Origin: Cirrosporium novae-zelandiae
Lineage: Eukaryota
NCBI GenBank assembly: GCA_026023565.1
Contig: JAPETS010000003.1
Coordinates: 1,302,001 to 1,366,000 of the forward strand
DNA: 64,000 nt
Reading direction: 5' to 3'
How positions within the stretch are numbered: position 1 is the stretch's first letter; each line of letters begins with the position of its first letter. This document shows positions 1 to 11,737 of this stretch, one piece after another. The position numbers and the translations under genes are program-made. A model generated the notes under the pieces. It ran no database searches. It saw only the letters and a program-made list of their open reading frames with translations, and was not told the origin of the DNA.

Positions 1-2299
1 GGACTAGAAGACCTCAAACAACAACATGAAGTCTTGCTAAAAGAGGCTCAAGATCAACATGAAGCTTCATTGAAAGAGGCTAAAGACCAACACGAACACC
101 AAATTGAAGAGATGTCTACCAAATTTCAGGAGGAGAAAGATACTATGCAGATGGACTGGAGCCAACAACGAGAGTCTATGGAAAATGCCTGGTCTGCCCA
201 GAAAGAGAACATGCAGGCAGAGTTTTCTGCACAATTAGAGTCGAAGGAGGCCGACCTGATAAAGCAGAAAACCGATGCCTTAGCCGAACTGAAAGCTACC
301 ATGGAGACAGATTTCGCTGGACAGAAGGCTTCAATGGAAGCCAACTTAACCAAGCAAAAAGATGATGCATTGGCTCAACAGAAAGAGTCACTAGAAAGCC
401 AATGGTCTCAAAAAAGGCAAACCCTCCAAGACGAACACGAACAAGCTTGCAAAGAGCTCGAGGAAAGGGTCGAAGCCATCAAAGAAGAGGCAATCGAAAA
501 ACTAGAGAAAGGTGGCGAGATTTGGCGAAAGAAGATGTCCGAGCTTGAGCACGAATCTGAAGAAGAGCGAAGGAGGAGCAAGAACCTAGAACATCAAATA
601 ACAGTACTCAAGAGCCAGCATCGCAAGGATAAGGAGAACCTGAAGCGTGATTATTCGAAGAATCGTCACAAGGATAACGACGAACTACAGAAAGATCTTG
701 TTGCGGCTAAGTCGAAATACAAAGGAGAGCTCAGACGGATAGCAGATGTCTTTGACGACGAAAGAAAAAAGCTTTTTCAGAAGATCGAAGCATTAGGAGA
801 CACAGCTGACCTGAAGAGCAAAGGAGATGCCTACTAGTGAGTCATGCCAGGAGGAGCTATATATCATGAATCTGTACTGCTCACACCTCCTCAAGCAATC
901 ATCACCATTTTTGACCACCGTCTTGCCACACAGCCATTGTCATCCTTTGACTCGCTGACTGGATTCCAGCATTGATATCATCCAGCGACTTTCACGAGAT
1001 ATCATGAATATGTCTCGAGAGCACTTTCAGAATCTACCTATCACACCTCCCGACGAGGTCCTAAAGAAGATTCCTGCAGGCTTACCGAACTTTGTTGAAA
1101 ATACGCAAGCCTCACGGAATCTTAGATGTGCCTACGTGCAGCATTTAATCTGGAACATCCTTACCTATCGAATTTTCCAGCCATTCCTTTTCACTCTTGG
1201 GTTCCGGTTTGATAATGTAAATACCTTTCTACAAAACATTTCCAAGGAGATGCACAGCAAATCATACCGAAGAGAGGCTGTATGGAGGCAACAAACACTT
1301 CGTGCCGCATATACAGCCTCTAACTCAAAACAGCATGTTAACGTTGTAGCTGCAACCATCAGGGATGAAATTGTCAACGAGATCAAGCATTTTGCGGACC
1401 CCGGTCGGCTAGATTCGATCAGCCAATCAGTCCGTTCAATTGTGAAGATTTCTGCAGAAGTATGGAGATACGCTAAGATCGAAAGAGAACTCATTACTGC
1501 CACGATGCCTGCCGCTGAAGACGAGAGCGAACAGTCTAATACCTTGCTTGAGTTTGTCAACGCATTGTCAGAAACGTACAACCCACCCTCTCCTAGAGAC
1601 CATAGCCGTAAAGTTATTCTTCGATTGGTGCCAACCATTACTCGGGAGTCATTACACCCAGACCCGACAAAAGAAGGAAAGGCCGAGAACATGACCAAAG
1701 ATGATGATCAGAAGCCTTGTGTATTCCTACCTGGAGTTGCGCTATTCTCTGACTCTCCAGCTGTAGTGGCCCGCCAGAAAGAGTTGGAACTGAAGATCTC
1801 CGGGCCCTCTGATTGTCATGTTGGGAGAGAATCAGTGGAAGAAGGTCGGACCATTTTTGAACCAACACCACCGTCAAGCCCTTTAAAGCTGCGAATAAAC
1901 AGCGTGATGAGCCAGAGACCTCTATCTCCTCTTGTTTCAGCAAGTCAAGTAAAGGCAAACGACATTAGCTCACCCCGTACCAGTATTGCAACAGACATTC
2001 GCCAAGATCAAAAATCTGAACATTCGCAGCCTTCTCAGCAGTCAATGCACTCGAACAAAGATAAAAATAAACAGCCATATGCTGAAGATACTACCGAATC
2101 CGTTGCTGCGACTGAAGAGATAACGAGACCTAAACAGTTAGATAAAGAAAATAACGGTGAAATGGGTAGCAATGGAAGCCATTCTCCAACTAGGATTATG
2201 GAAGTTAGAAATATGGAAGGATTGTTAGACAACGATGTAAGAAAGATATCAGGTATGGGCCATGAGATGAGGGTGCTACAGAAGATAGCAGCGAACTGA
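1..2299 (+). CDS. Hypothetical long coiled-coil protein, 5'-truncated by the window edge; intron 837-969
   Basis: ORF 34-837 joins ORF 1004-2299 in frame through GTGAGT (837), branch GCTGAC and CAG (969), giving ...GDAY-Y-IDIIQRLSRDIMNMS. E/K/Q-rich helical N-part, a globular-looking middle (RIFQPFLF...REAVWRQQTLRAAY) and a low-complexity tail. Confidence 0.8.
22..96 (+). repeat. Coding 33-bp tandem repeat (11-aa unit QHExxLKEAxD)
   Basis: caacatgaagtcttgctaaaagaggctcaagat / caacatgaagcttcattgaaagaggctaaagac / caacacgaa. Confidence 0.8.
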
Positions 2300-2551
2300 C
2301 GACATGATGATACATGTGATAAGATTGAGATGGAATGATTGTTATTCTTTTTACGGCGTTATTATTGCATCGTTTGTGTTTTTATTACTGTTTGTGTTTG
2401 TGTTTCTGTTTTGTTTTGCATTATTTCATTTTTCTACTCTATTTTGCATTGATAGAGGTCTAGCATATTAGATGCATGTGCTGCGGTTACAAGTTGTGGA
2501 GGCTGGAGCAAAAACATCAGGGCTTAGCAGATTTGGGAGCATTTTTATGAC

Positions 2552-2568
2552 GATGATGATGATGATGA
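2552..2568. repeat. (GAT)n microsatellite
   Basis: gatgatgatgatgatga seen directly. Confidence 0.8.
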
Positions 2569-3884
2569 CTGGGATAATAATTGATGTGAGGTATGATGCA
2601 ATGAAAGTTTTTTTTTGGGGTAAGACAGCACCATGTCAATGGTAGACAGTAGACAGTAAATTAGAATAGACTGAATAAAATAGAGAGTTAGAGTGTTTTG
2701 TGTTGACATGTAGAGGGGGTCTGCCTTGTTGCCTTAGGCCTTAGGACGAGGGTGTCCCGGGCAAGGCTCGAGGGGTCGAGGGTTTGAAGACCTAGAGGGT
2801 TTCGGTTCTTCCGACGACTGTCGACTCTCTTTGGCGACCCTGGGACCTTGCCCTTGCATTAAAGTATTTGTGGTACTAAAGATGTACTTTCTGGAAGGGT
2901 TTTGGATAGCTAGCGACATGTAGGTAATTATGTATTTGTCACAATTGGAAAGTAAAAAGGTTAGCTATTACTTAGGTGGTGAAAACGGTCATGATATCTA
3001 GTGCGGAATGATAAGTTTAGATGGAAGGATTCATTCTCCTCTCTCTTGGCTCCTTGGCTTCCTTGGCCTGAGGCAACAGGTCAGGCAATAAGGCACTCAC
3101 CAACGCTGGCATGCCTGTAATTATTATTACCTCAATACTGACAACTGTGTATTTCCAATAGGCAGGCTAATTAGAGGTTAATTACTGTGGTAATAGTAAA
3201 ATTCCTTTCAACTACTCTGTACAGTCAGTACATGTACAGTACCGAGGTAGGTACCGTACAGTGGTACGTTAGTGACAGTTGCCCATAACTGTCCGTGTTA
3301 CTGAACCGTGTCACTGACTGGTGGACTGCGCAAACCCAAATCAGCCAGGACAGGACAGGACATTCAGCCTCATCAACCTCAGCTAACTAACTAACTAGGA
3401 TCCCGTCTATGATTGAATCACAGCCCTTTGGACCCATCGCATGCCTTCCTCCACCTTTCTCTCTCCTCTCTTTCCTTCGATAAACAGATCATTAATTCTC
3501 AATTGACACAATCCGCTTTTTTTCACTTTCTGCTCTTCTGCTCATTTATTTACTTACCTTATCGCCCTGTCAATATAGGTTAGACCTACTACTATTCGCC
3601 CTTCCCTCTTCGCGCCCGCGCCTGATCCTGGCCTCTCCCCCTTCCCCCCTCCTCTTGAACTTGCCCTCCGTTGTCAATGCCAGATGGGAACTCTCTACGT
3701 CGGTTACATTCCGCATATCTAACGACCATCTCGATTTTGAAAGTAAAAAGCGGGCTAAGCCAGACCTATTTTTCATGTGCGTTCTCATCGCATACCGCTG
3801 TGCGCTTCCTGAACTAGCTCAAGCCTGATCATCCTGCTACTCTTCATGTCAGAGCAGGCTCTTAAATATTCCTGATTTCAAAAC

Positions 3885-6800
3885 ATGTCTCCGCTTGCCA
3901 CCTCTCCATCGCCTGAACTTGATCTTCTCCACGATCCCATCTTTGATGAATTTTCCAACACTCTGCTAGGCCAAGGCTTCCCTGCTGGCAAGAGCGCCGA
4001 ACAGCAGACTGCTGTTCCCCTAATGTCATCTTATGAACCACCCAAGTTCGAAGCCAGTGGTCACCATTCATCGACTATTCCGTCTCATCCAGATTTTTCT
4101 CCGTCGCCCCCATCTAGCCACAACTTTCTCAGTCCTAACGGCGACTACCTTTCTGACCATTTCTTCAGTGAACTGAGCGAACATACTTCTCCCAACATTG
4201 ATGACGGGTTCTTTCCCAACAGTGCCTTTGGTGCAATTCCTCCAGCGGAATCGAACACCTTTCAAAGAGATAGCTACGATTTTCAAGCCCTCGATCGCAG
4301 CTTCTCGGTGGCGCCTTCTTCTGGAGATTCGCTGGCGGGTACACATCCTTCTGTGGATGCAAACGCAGTGTCGTCGCATCTATTAGGTCTAAATATGAGC
4401 AGTATACCAGGTCAGACTTCGAGGACAGAAGAATTACAGCCCAGCAATGCCTATGCGGAAAATAATCGCGGACGGATTGGGGCTGCGACAGATTCAACGC
4501 ATGCTCAGGATCTCCCTGACAATCATACTAGCGACAACGTTCAAACGGAATCTAAATGTGATGGAGCTACTATTATAAGCCCGGTTGTCCGCGTCGAGTC
4601 TTGGTCCCGAGGAGATTCACCAGCTAGAGTCAACTTTCCTAATGGAATTTCTAGTAAGAGAAGTCGAACCAGAAGTCGATCTTCATCCCACTTGTCTCCT
4701 GGAGGAGATGATGAGTGTTCCGACTCCGAATCAGAATCCGAGCGAACCCACCATCGATTCCAGTCTGTACCAGTTACCCCCCAGATCACTCGCACCGATA
4801 CAGGGTCATGGATTCTGAGTGCATCAACTGGACAAGGCGGGGTAGATCCTGAGACAAGGGATCGATTACAAAACAATTTTGTACCCAATTTCAAGGACCA
4901 AGAGAAAATAGACCATCTTAATGAGATCAAACTCCAAGTTCAAGAATGGCTTGCACACAGTGAAGCTGGTAGTGATGTGGAAGATAATCCACGTGGTCGC
5001 AATCGCCTAAAGCCCCGAAATCCCCATGGAAGATCCAGAGCGAAGACTGTCGGCGATCAGCCAAATTGGAGAGTGCCTAATTTTTCAACAACTTCCCCAC
5101 AGCCTAGACTTGATGATACTGGGATTCCTGGACCAGGACTACTTGTTGAAGAAGAAAGCGATGGTAGTTCCTCTTCAGGGCCTGCTGATATTGACGTTTC
5201 AGCTAAGCAGAATGCTGGAAGTTATTTCCCGCCAGTAGGAGAGGATTCGCCATCTAAGCAGGCACCACCAGTGAAACCCTGGGATGATCCTCCATATGGC
5301 GAGAGCAATGGTGACGTCCACTATCAGCCGCCTAATGCTAATGCTGCTATTATGCGTTTCCGCCAACAAGCTGACAATATCTCATACGTATCTCGCGCAG
5401 CCACCATAGATAGTTACAACACGCGCAGATTAAGTGATGCTGACTTAGGTCAAACACAAAGTCTTTTGAAGAGGTTTAGTTTCGGTAGAGAGCGTGATCG
5501 GACGAAGGGAGGACGACGCAGTAGCCTCCTCCAGCAGGCCGCTAGTAAGTTAATACCAAGGAGAAGCTGCAGCAATTTGCAGCAAAAGGCAGAGGAAGCT
5601 GAGCGCAACATCGAACCTATCGCCCCTAAGACATCAAGCCCTGAGAGCCACCATAGACCTCGGATGGAAAGCCTTAGCAGTCTTGGTACACGAGGCCGTA
5701 GACCTAGTTTCAGTATACGACCAAAGTCTCCTGCGATTAACACTCAAAGTGCCATCGCCGCCATGGCCGGTCAAATTGCCGCAGTAGGAAGAAGTGGCCC
5801 CCTGAGTTCTACATCATTGTCTCCAAATGATTCTTGGTCTCATCCCAAAGGACCCTTAAAACGTACACGCTCTGCACGAGCGCTTTCCACCGGTTCTACT
5901 CTAGGACTGGCGGAGCTGATGACTAGACATGGTGGTCCTCCAATGCCTACCCTAGCCTCCCCTCATCAGGATAACTTAGCATCTCCACCACCGCCTTCTA
6001 TACAAAAGAAAAATGATGTAAATAACGTGAAGATGGAAGAAACTCCTGTTCACATGCCCCTCGAAGTACACTCGGTACCAACTATTCCGAACCAAGAAGG
6101 CTTCAGAACACATATACAAAATCTCAATCCCCGTCTTGAGCCATTCCTCGTAAATCGCATGATCCAGGAGCAAGTCAAACGATATAAGAGATTAGTGGAA
6201 TGTAAGACTCGCCATTATCAACAAACCGGCGTGTCAGGTCCTGCTTGGCAATTTAATCCTCAGATGGGTAATATTATATCTTCAAATAGTTTTTCTTCTC
6301 CAATCGATCCTTCACCTGTTAAGCAGCAGCCAAACGCGGCAACGATTGGGTCAGGCGAAGAGGAAGAACTCAATGGGAACACAGAAGGTATTATCACTCC
6401 AAAGCATTTCCCGCAAGGGGTTCCAATGCCACCTGTGTCTCAATTGCCAGCCAAATTCCAATGTTATCTATGTTTCAAAACGAAAGAGTTTAAGAAACCT
6501 TCGGACTGGACTAAGCATGTCCATGAAGACGTTGAACCGTTTACTTGTACTTTTGCGAATTGTTCAGAACCAAAGTCCTTTAAACGGAAAGCTGACTGGG
6601 TCCGGCACGAGAACGAACGTCATCGTCATCCTGAGTGGTGGGCTTGCGACATACCAGAGTGTACACACAAATGCTATCGCAAAGACAACTTTGTCCAACA
6701 TCTTGTTCGGGAACATAAAATGGCTGAACCGAAAGTTAAGTCCATGAAAGAAGGCATTGTGCGTGCCAACGGCAACGGTAGCTTGCCTTCCCAAAATGGA

Positions 6801-7664
6801 ATCGATGAAGTCTGGACTGTTGTTGAGCGTTGCCGTCAGACTTCATCGGAGGAAGTCAAGGAAGAGTGTAAATTCTGCGCAAATGTGCTTCCAAACTGGA
6901 AGAAACTTGCCGTGCATCATGCAAAGCATATGGAACAGATTGCTATGCCAGTACTAGATCTGGTTAGAAATGCTTCTGCGGACACTGCAATCACCCCAAT
7001 TGTTGATGATGGCAATAATACTTTCGCCGCGGCGGTCTCTCCTATGACTCCAGCAGCCTCTATAGTTGATCAGTCCAGTCTATCTTCATATGGTCGTATG
7101 GCAAATGGGTCGGCTGGACTGGGCCTGATGGTAAACGGATACCCTCAAACCAATGGACGGTATACGTCAGTTCAACAGCCAATGGCAAACTATGATATCG
7201 GTAAATCATCTGCTATACCTGCTCATGGAACTCCGAACCCATCAGTACTTGGAGGATTTGCACATTCTTATTCCAATAATATCCAATCACAAGGATACAA
7301 TTTGCAAGCAAATCACTATCCTCCAAATTCAAATGTTGCCGGGGTTGTCTCTGGCTACAGCAACTATGGCCAATTCGTAAACGGTGTTAGTAGAATGCCT
7401 CGAGCGCCTGTTGTTCCAAGCCAACAAACTGTCTCCACTCCGGTTCCTTCTGCTTCGTCCCACGACCCAAGAATAGGCCAGCAAGCATCCACATACAACC
7501 CCGAAGCTATGACATATATGAATTCGTACCAGCAAAATTCAGCGCCGGTATACCCTGGCGCGGAAAATGTGAACTATGGGGTTGGCGTTGCGAATGGGTA
7601 TCAATATACCACGGGTCAAAACAATGCGGGGGAAATGTGTTATTCCCAGCATGAGGGTTTTTGA
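3885..7664 (+). CDS. C2H2 zinc-finger transcription factor, 1259 aa, single exon
   Basis: Uninterrupted ORF with finger array CYLC..KPSDWTKHVHED / CTFANC..KRKADWVRHENERH / CDIPEC..YRKDNFVQHLVREH / CKFC..HHAKH, flanked by S/P-rich disordered regions. Confidence 0.9.
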   Translation: MSPLATSPSPELDLLHDPIFDEFSNTLLGQGFPAGKSAEQQTAVPLMSSYEPPKFEASGHHSSTIPSHPDFSPSPPSSHNFLSPNGDYLSDHFFSELSEHTSPNIDDGFFPNSAFGAIPPAESNTFQRDSYDFQALDRSFSVAPSSGDSLAGTHPSVDANAVSSHLLGLNMSSIPGQTSRTEELQPSNAYAENNRGRIGAATDSTHAQDLPDNHTSDNVQTESKCDGATIISPVVRVESWSRGDSPARVNFPNGISSKRSRTRSRSSSHLSPGGDDECSDSESESERTHHRFQSVPVTPQITRTDTGSWILSASTGQGGVDPETRDRLQNNFVPNFKDQEKIDHLNEIKLQVQEWLAHSEAGSDVEDNPRGRNRLKPRNPHGRSRAKTVGDQPNWRVPNFSTTSPQPRLDDTGIPGPGLLVEEESDGSSSSGPADIDVSAKQNAGSYFPPVGEDSPSKQAPPVKPWDDPPYGESNGDVHYQPPNANAAIMRFRQQADNISYVSRAATIDSYNTRRLSDADLGQTQSLLKRFSFGRERDRTKGGRRSSLLQQAASKLIPRRSCSNLQQKAEEAERNIEPIAPKTSSPESHHRPRMESLSSLGTRGRRPSFSIRPKSPAINTQSAIAAMAGQIAAVGRSGPLSSTSLSPNDSWSHPKGPLKRTRSARALSTGSTLGLAELMTRHGGPPMPTLASPHQDNLASPPPPSIQKKNDVNNVKMEETPVHMPLEVHSVPTIPNQEGFRTHIQNLNPRLEPFLVNRMIQEQVKRYKRLVECKTRHYQQTGVSGPAWQFNPQMGNIISSNSFSSPIDPSPVKQQPNAATIGSGEEEELNGNTEGIITPKHFPQGVPMPPVSQLPAKFQCYLCFKTKEFKKPSDWTKHVHEDVEPFTCTFANCSEPKSFKRKADWVRHENERHRHPEWWACDIPECTHKCYRKDNFVQHLVREHKMAEPKVKSMKEGIVRANGNGSLPSQNGIDEVWTVVERCRQTSSEEVKEECKFCANVLPNWKKLAVHHAKHMEQIAMPVLDLVRNASADTAITPIVDDGNNTFAAAVSPMTPAASIVDQSSLSSYGRMANGSAGLGLMVNGYPQTNGRYTSVQQPMANYDIGKSSAIPAHGTPNPSVLGGFAHSYSNNIQSQGYNLQANHYPPNSNVAGVVSGYSNYGQFVNGVSRMPRAPVVPSQQTVSTPVPSASSHDPRIGQQASTYNPEAMTYMNSYQQNSAPVYPGAENVNYGVGVANGYQYTTGQNNAGEMCYSQHEGF

Positions 7665-8850
7665 TTCCTTTCATGAGTGATTGCAAAAATAATGACGGGT
7701 ATGATTTGTAGGTGCCACAGTAGCAATGTGATATGGACGGGAGGTGAAATGGCGTCTAGGGAAGGCTACTCTAGTAGAACCTCTTCCTGTTTGGAAAGTT
7801 TGTCTCTTTACTTTTCTTTCTTCGGTTTTCGGTTTCTGTTTCTTGCCAAGCTTGGGCGACCTTAATGACTTATATACATGAGCCTTGATATCCATGAGAC
7901 CTATTTGCTTGAATGATTTTGCAGAATTTTGAAGTCTCATTCTAGTCATGGCGACTTGAGGTGTTGATGATGGAGCTGAATCGCATCATAAGACTATTCC
8001 TTTTTAACTCTACTAAATGTATTTGTATGTGCATATATAAAATAACATAAAGGATAAAAGTATAAATTACGTAGGACATTTAATTTTATGTTTCGAAAGA
8101 TGTTGAATTGTATGCGGTTTATGGAAAAGCAAAGGGAATAGTGCATGGGGGAATCATGGACCACAGGTGAGGGCGGTCACCCCGCATCATCATCGTCCCA
8201 GCAGATTCTCAACAGCAAAGCACAGCTTAGAGAGTTGGGGGCTGTCAAACGGGTGAGAATAAATTTACCAGGATTATCTACCTCGTGCAAATATCCTGAA
8301 TTATACACACCTGTACATTTGTGCGCAAATCCATCAAGGGCGCAAGAGAAAGACAGCGAGGGCAAAGAGGGCGCAGCTGAGAGAATTGGGCCGCCCTGAT
8401 TGTCATGCAACCGCGCTTGAGTTGGTTGGCCTCACTCAATTCATTCATCGGACTCATTTGATTAAAAATATTAAGAAAAGCCTTGAAGCCAAGCATAGGA
8501 CGCATATCAGCATACCAGAATCAGAGGCTCGCCAGATGCCTGCAACCTCCAACCCCCATATTCTCAACACCCGACCTCCAACTCGAATTTCCAACTTCTA
8601 ACTTCCATCATCACCCGTCGTTCAACATGAAGTTCTTCTGAAACCTCCGAGTTCGCCTAGCTGCTGTCAACAGTAGATCTACTCTCTACATTTGTGGCTG
8701 ATCTCTTATTCATCTGGCTCTTCTTTGTGGGTTGGAATATCCATTATATTCTTTATATTATCGGGTGGTATGCACGAGGCTTCTGATATTCATTCGCCCC
8801 TTTATCCCCCTACTGTTTCATAGCTAATTCTATGTGGATAGACTGCCATA

Positions 8851-11737
8851 ATGGCAGACCAATTTGGATACTGGTCTCCCGCATATGATCGTCGTCAAGC
8901 AATGGATGTATGACTGACCATTCGTCGGCTATTCTTGCTATTATCTAATGATTCTTTTCTCTTCAGTATCACCAGCGCGCTCCTTCTCGGGCTATTATTC
9001 ACAGTCAGATTGGACTGCCAGACAACTCTTATCGGCAAGCTATATCGCATCAGGTGCCTCCCAAGCCGCAAGCTGGAGAACATAATGTTCTTGATCAACT
9101 TAGTCCTTCAAGTATTCTTCTATCCCCATCGGCCATGATGAGTAGCTCCTTTCCAGCAAGTAACCCACCAGCGGTGGCAACAACAACGGACTTTTCCTTC
9201 AACCTGCCGCCTGGGTACATTCCATCTTATCAATATCAGGGCAATATGACTAGAAGCTATCAAGAGCAGTCTATAATGAGTCGATACGTGAATGAAACAA
9301 GCGATCCTTGGAATAGTACTCGAGTTTCTACGCCTACTAGCTTGCAGTATCGACTTTCTGGCCAAGGTAATACTGTAAAGAAGCGCCGTCTGGATAAACC
9401 AGATATTTCTTGGACCCAACATCGCGAAGGTCCAAAGTCTGACGGAGAGAGCTTGATTCCTCACTCCGACTCTGGTTATGCCACCAAAAGCCTAGCATCT
9501 CGATCTGTACTTAGCGCTGATCCGGCAGACTACTCCCAAGAATGTGAACCTATTTCAGTGCCCATGAATGACCTACAGGTCGGCTCGCAGACTGCCAGCT
9601 CTGCGTATAGTCATGATATGCAGAAACCAACTTCCGATCATTCCTATGGTCGAAATATTCTTCAATCTCAGAATGACGAATCGTTGAAGTGTGATTTTAC
9701 GGACTGCCATTTCGAAGCTAAATGCCTCTCGGAGTTGAAGTAAGCATCAAAGTTTATCCCTTGGATAAAGACTTTCTAATATGTCATCCACAGAAAGCAC
9801 CGTTGCCGTCATACAAAACCGTTTAGGTGTGACGTTTCTGGGTGTACAATAGAATATGGGTTCACTACCAGCAATGACCGTGATCGGCATAAGAAGAGCA
9901 TTCATAATATAGGTAACAGTAAGGAGTACAGGTGCATGGCCAAAAGCTGCAACAAAAAGGACAAAACATGGCCTCGTTTGGATAATTTCCGACAACACAT
10001 AAAGCGCATACATCCTGACGAGGATGTTGAGGAGTTGGTGAAGAAGTCAGTAATCCAGCCCTCCATAAAAGTAAGCCGATAGTGATTAATTCCGCCTCAG
10101 GTCAGAGCAAGCGGAGAAGAACTCCCGTGTTTTCGATGCTGAAGTTGGGTCATGTATCGACCCGAACATGTGTGTGAATACGCTGCCTTCCGAATACCCG
10201 AACACGGCAGTTGAGAATACTTTATCACGTCAAGGTAAGAACCGAAGCACTTCAACTATAGCGGGCATAAATTCCATGACCACTTTTCCTAAAGAGGGTA
10301 CAGTACCTACTACTTCCGTCCCGCCGTTCATGAACAATATATCAGGGTCTGCATTGACAGAAATTGCAGAACTATTGGCAAACATCAAGAAGAGGACCGC
10401 TCAAGTTGATAGGCTTTCGAAATACATGGGTAGTGCTAAAGAGCAAGTGCAACCAAGCAACGAGTCAAATCTTTATCAGTCAAAATCACGTACCTCTTCT
10501 GTCTTATCTAGCAACATTCAACATCAGTCAGACTCTACCAAAGTACGGGACAAATATATAACAAGCTCGACATCCACTGACTCTACCCCATCATTACAGT
10601 CGGTAGAAAAACAGCTCGGGCAACTAGGACATATGGTTCAAACAGTTCAAGCTATTCTATCCGGTCAGTCGCAAGATCAGAGAGGCAGTTCTAAGTCTTC
10701 AAGCAAAACGATACAATGTACTCAACCTGGGTGTGGCAAAATGCTTGAACGGCCATGTGACCTCAGGTGATTTTTCTCCCTTAATTGTTGACTCCCACGA
10801 CATCTGACACGGTCCCAATAACAGAAAACACCAAAAACGCCACCTCAAACCCTATGGCTGCACTTTCCCCAATTGCTGTAAATCTTTTGGCTCCAAAAAT
10901 GATTGGAAACGTCACGAAAACAGTCAGCATTTCCAACTCGAAACTTGGCGCTGTCAACTACCAGATGTATCCTATAAAACTCATCAATGTGCTAGGGTGT
11001 TCTACCGACGCGAACCCTTCACCGCACATTTGAGGCAGCATCATGATCTTAGCAACAGCAGTAGCAACAACAACAGCAACAACAACAACAACAACAATTG
11101 CAGTTTTACCGGAAATATAAAAAGTCCTAATGATATAGAAGCACAGATTCGTCACTATGTCAAAATCTCACGGATTGGCCAAAATGGCCAAGGTCAATTC
11201 TGGTGTGGGTTTTGTCACAAAATCATACCCCTTCGAAATCATGGGCTCGAAGCTTGGGATGAGAGATTCAATCATATCGATAACCTGCATTTCAAAAAGG
11301 GTGAGAATATCGATCAATGGGTTCAACCAGATGGGAATTTGGAGAAGGGGATGATAGAGAGGAGCAGCGATGAGGATGAGGGGAGTGAGGAAGCGTGGCA
11401 TGGTTCCAGGGAACAGAGCCATAGAAGGAAGGAGCTAGAGAGGGAGAGAGAGAAGGGGGGTTTAGTATTTTGGTCTCGCCGTGAACCTATTCGCCGTCTC
11501 TCCCCTACATCTACACTAACAAACCCCGCTAACACCAGTTCATCCCCCTCATCCTCAACTCCGAAAAGGGAACAGGAAACCAAGATGTGGAAATGCTGCA
11601 CTTGCAGTGACGGGATTAACATTCTTTCTAATAAGTTCGAGAATCAGTGTACTATGTGTTCGCATCGTAAGTGTGGAAACTGTCCAGACGATGACGATGC
11701 GGCATCACAAAAATCCCGGAAGAGGCGGGCTTTCTAG
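8851..11737 (+). CDS. Multi-C2H2 zinc-finger transcription factor, 5 coding exons (introns 8908-8966, 9740-9793, 10046-10100, ~10767-10824)
   Basis: Splicing joins the ORF fragments into fingers CDFTDC..LKKHRCRH, CDVSGC..DRDRHKKSIH, CMAKSC..DNFRQHIKRIH, CTQPGC..LRKHQKRH, CTFPNC..KNDWKRHENSQH and further C/H modules. All introns are GT-AG with branch-like sites. A probable 5'UTR intron lies at ~8768-8841. Confidence 0.85.
11051..11097 (+). repeat. (AAC/AGC)n coding microsatellite encoding a poly-Asn/Ser tract
   Basis: agcaacagcagtagcaacaacaacagcaacaacaacaacaacaacaa encodes SNSSSNNNSNNNNNNN. Confidence 0.85.

Noticed and set aside
835..840. Apparent stop (TAG TGA) splitting the first gene in two
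   Set aside because: The TAG spans the GTGAGT donor; splicing restores one ORF.
3218..3268. Dense GTAC/TGTACA palindromes (also ~18015-18110 and ~36875-36925) as a repeat array
   Set aside because: No fixed period or spacers; it looks like low-complexity fungal intergenic sequence.
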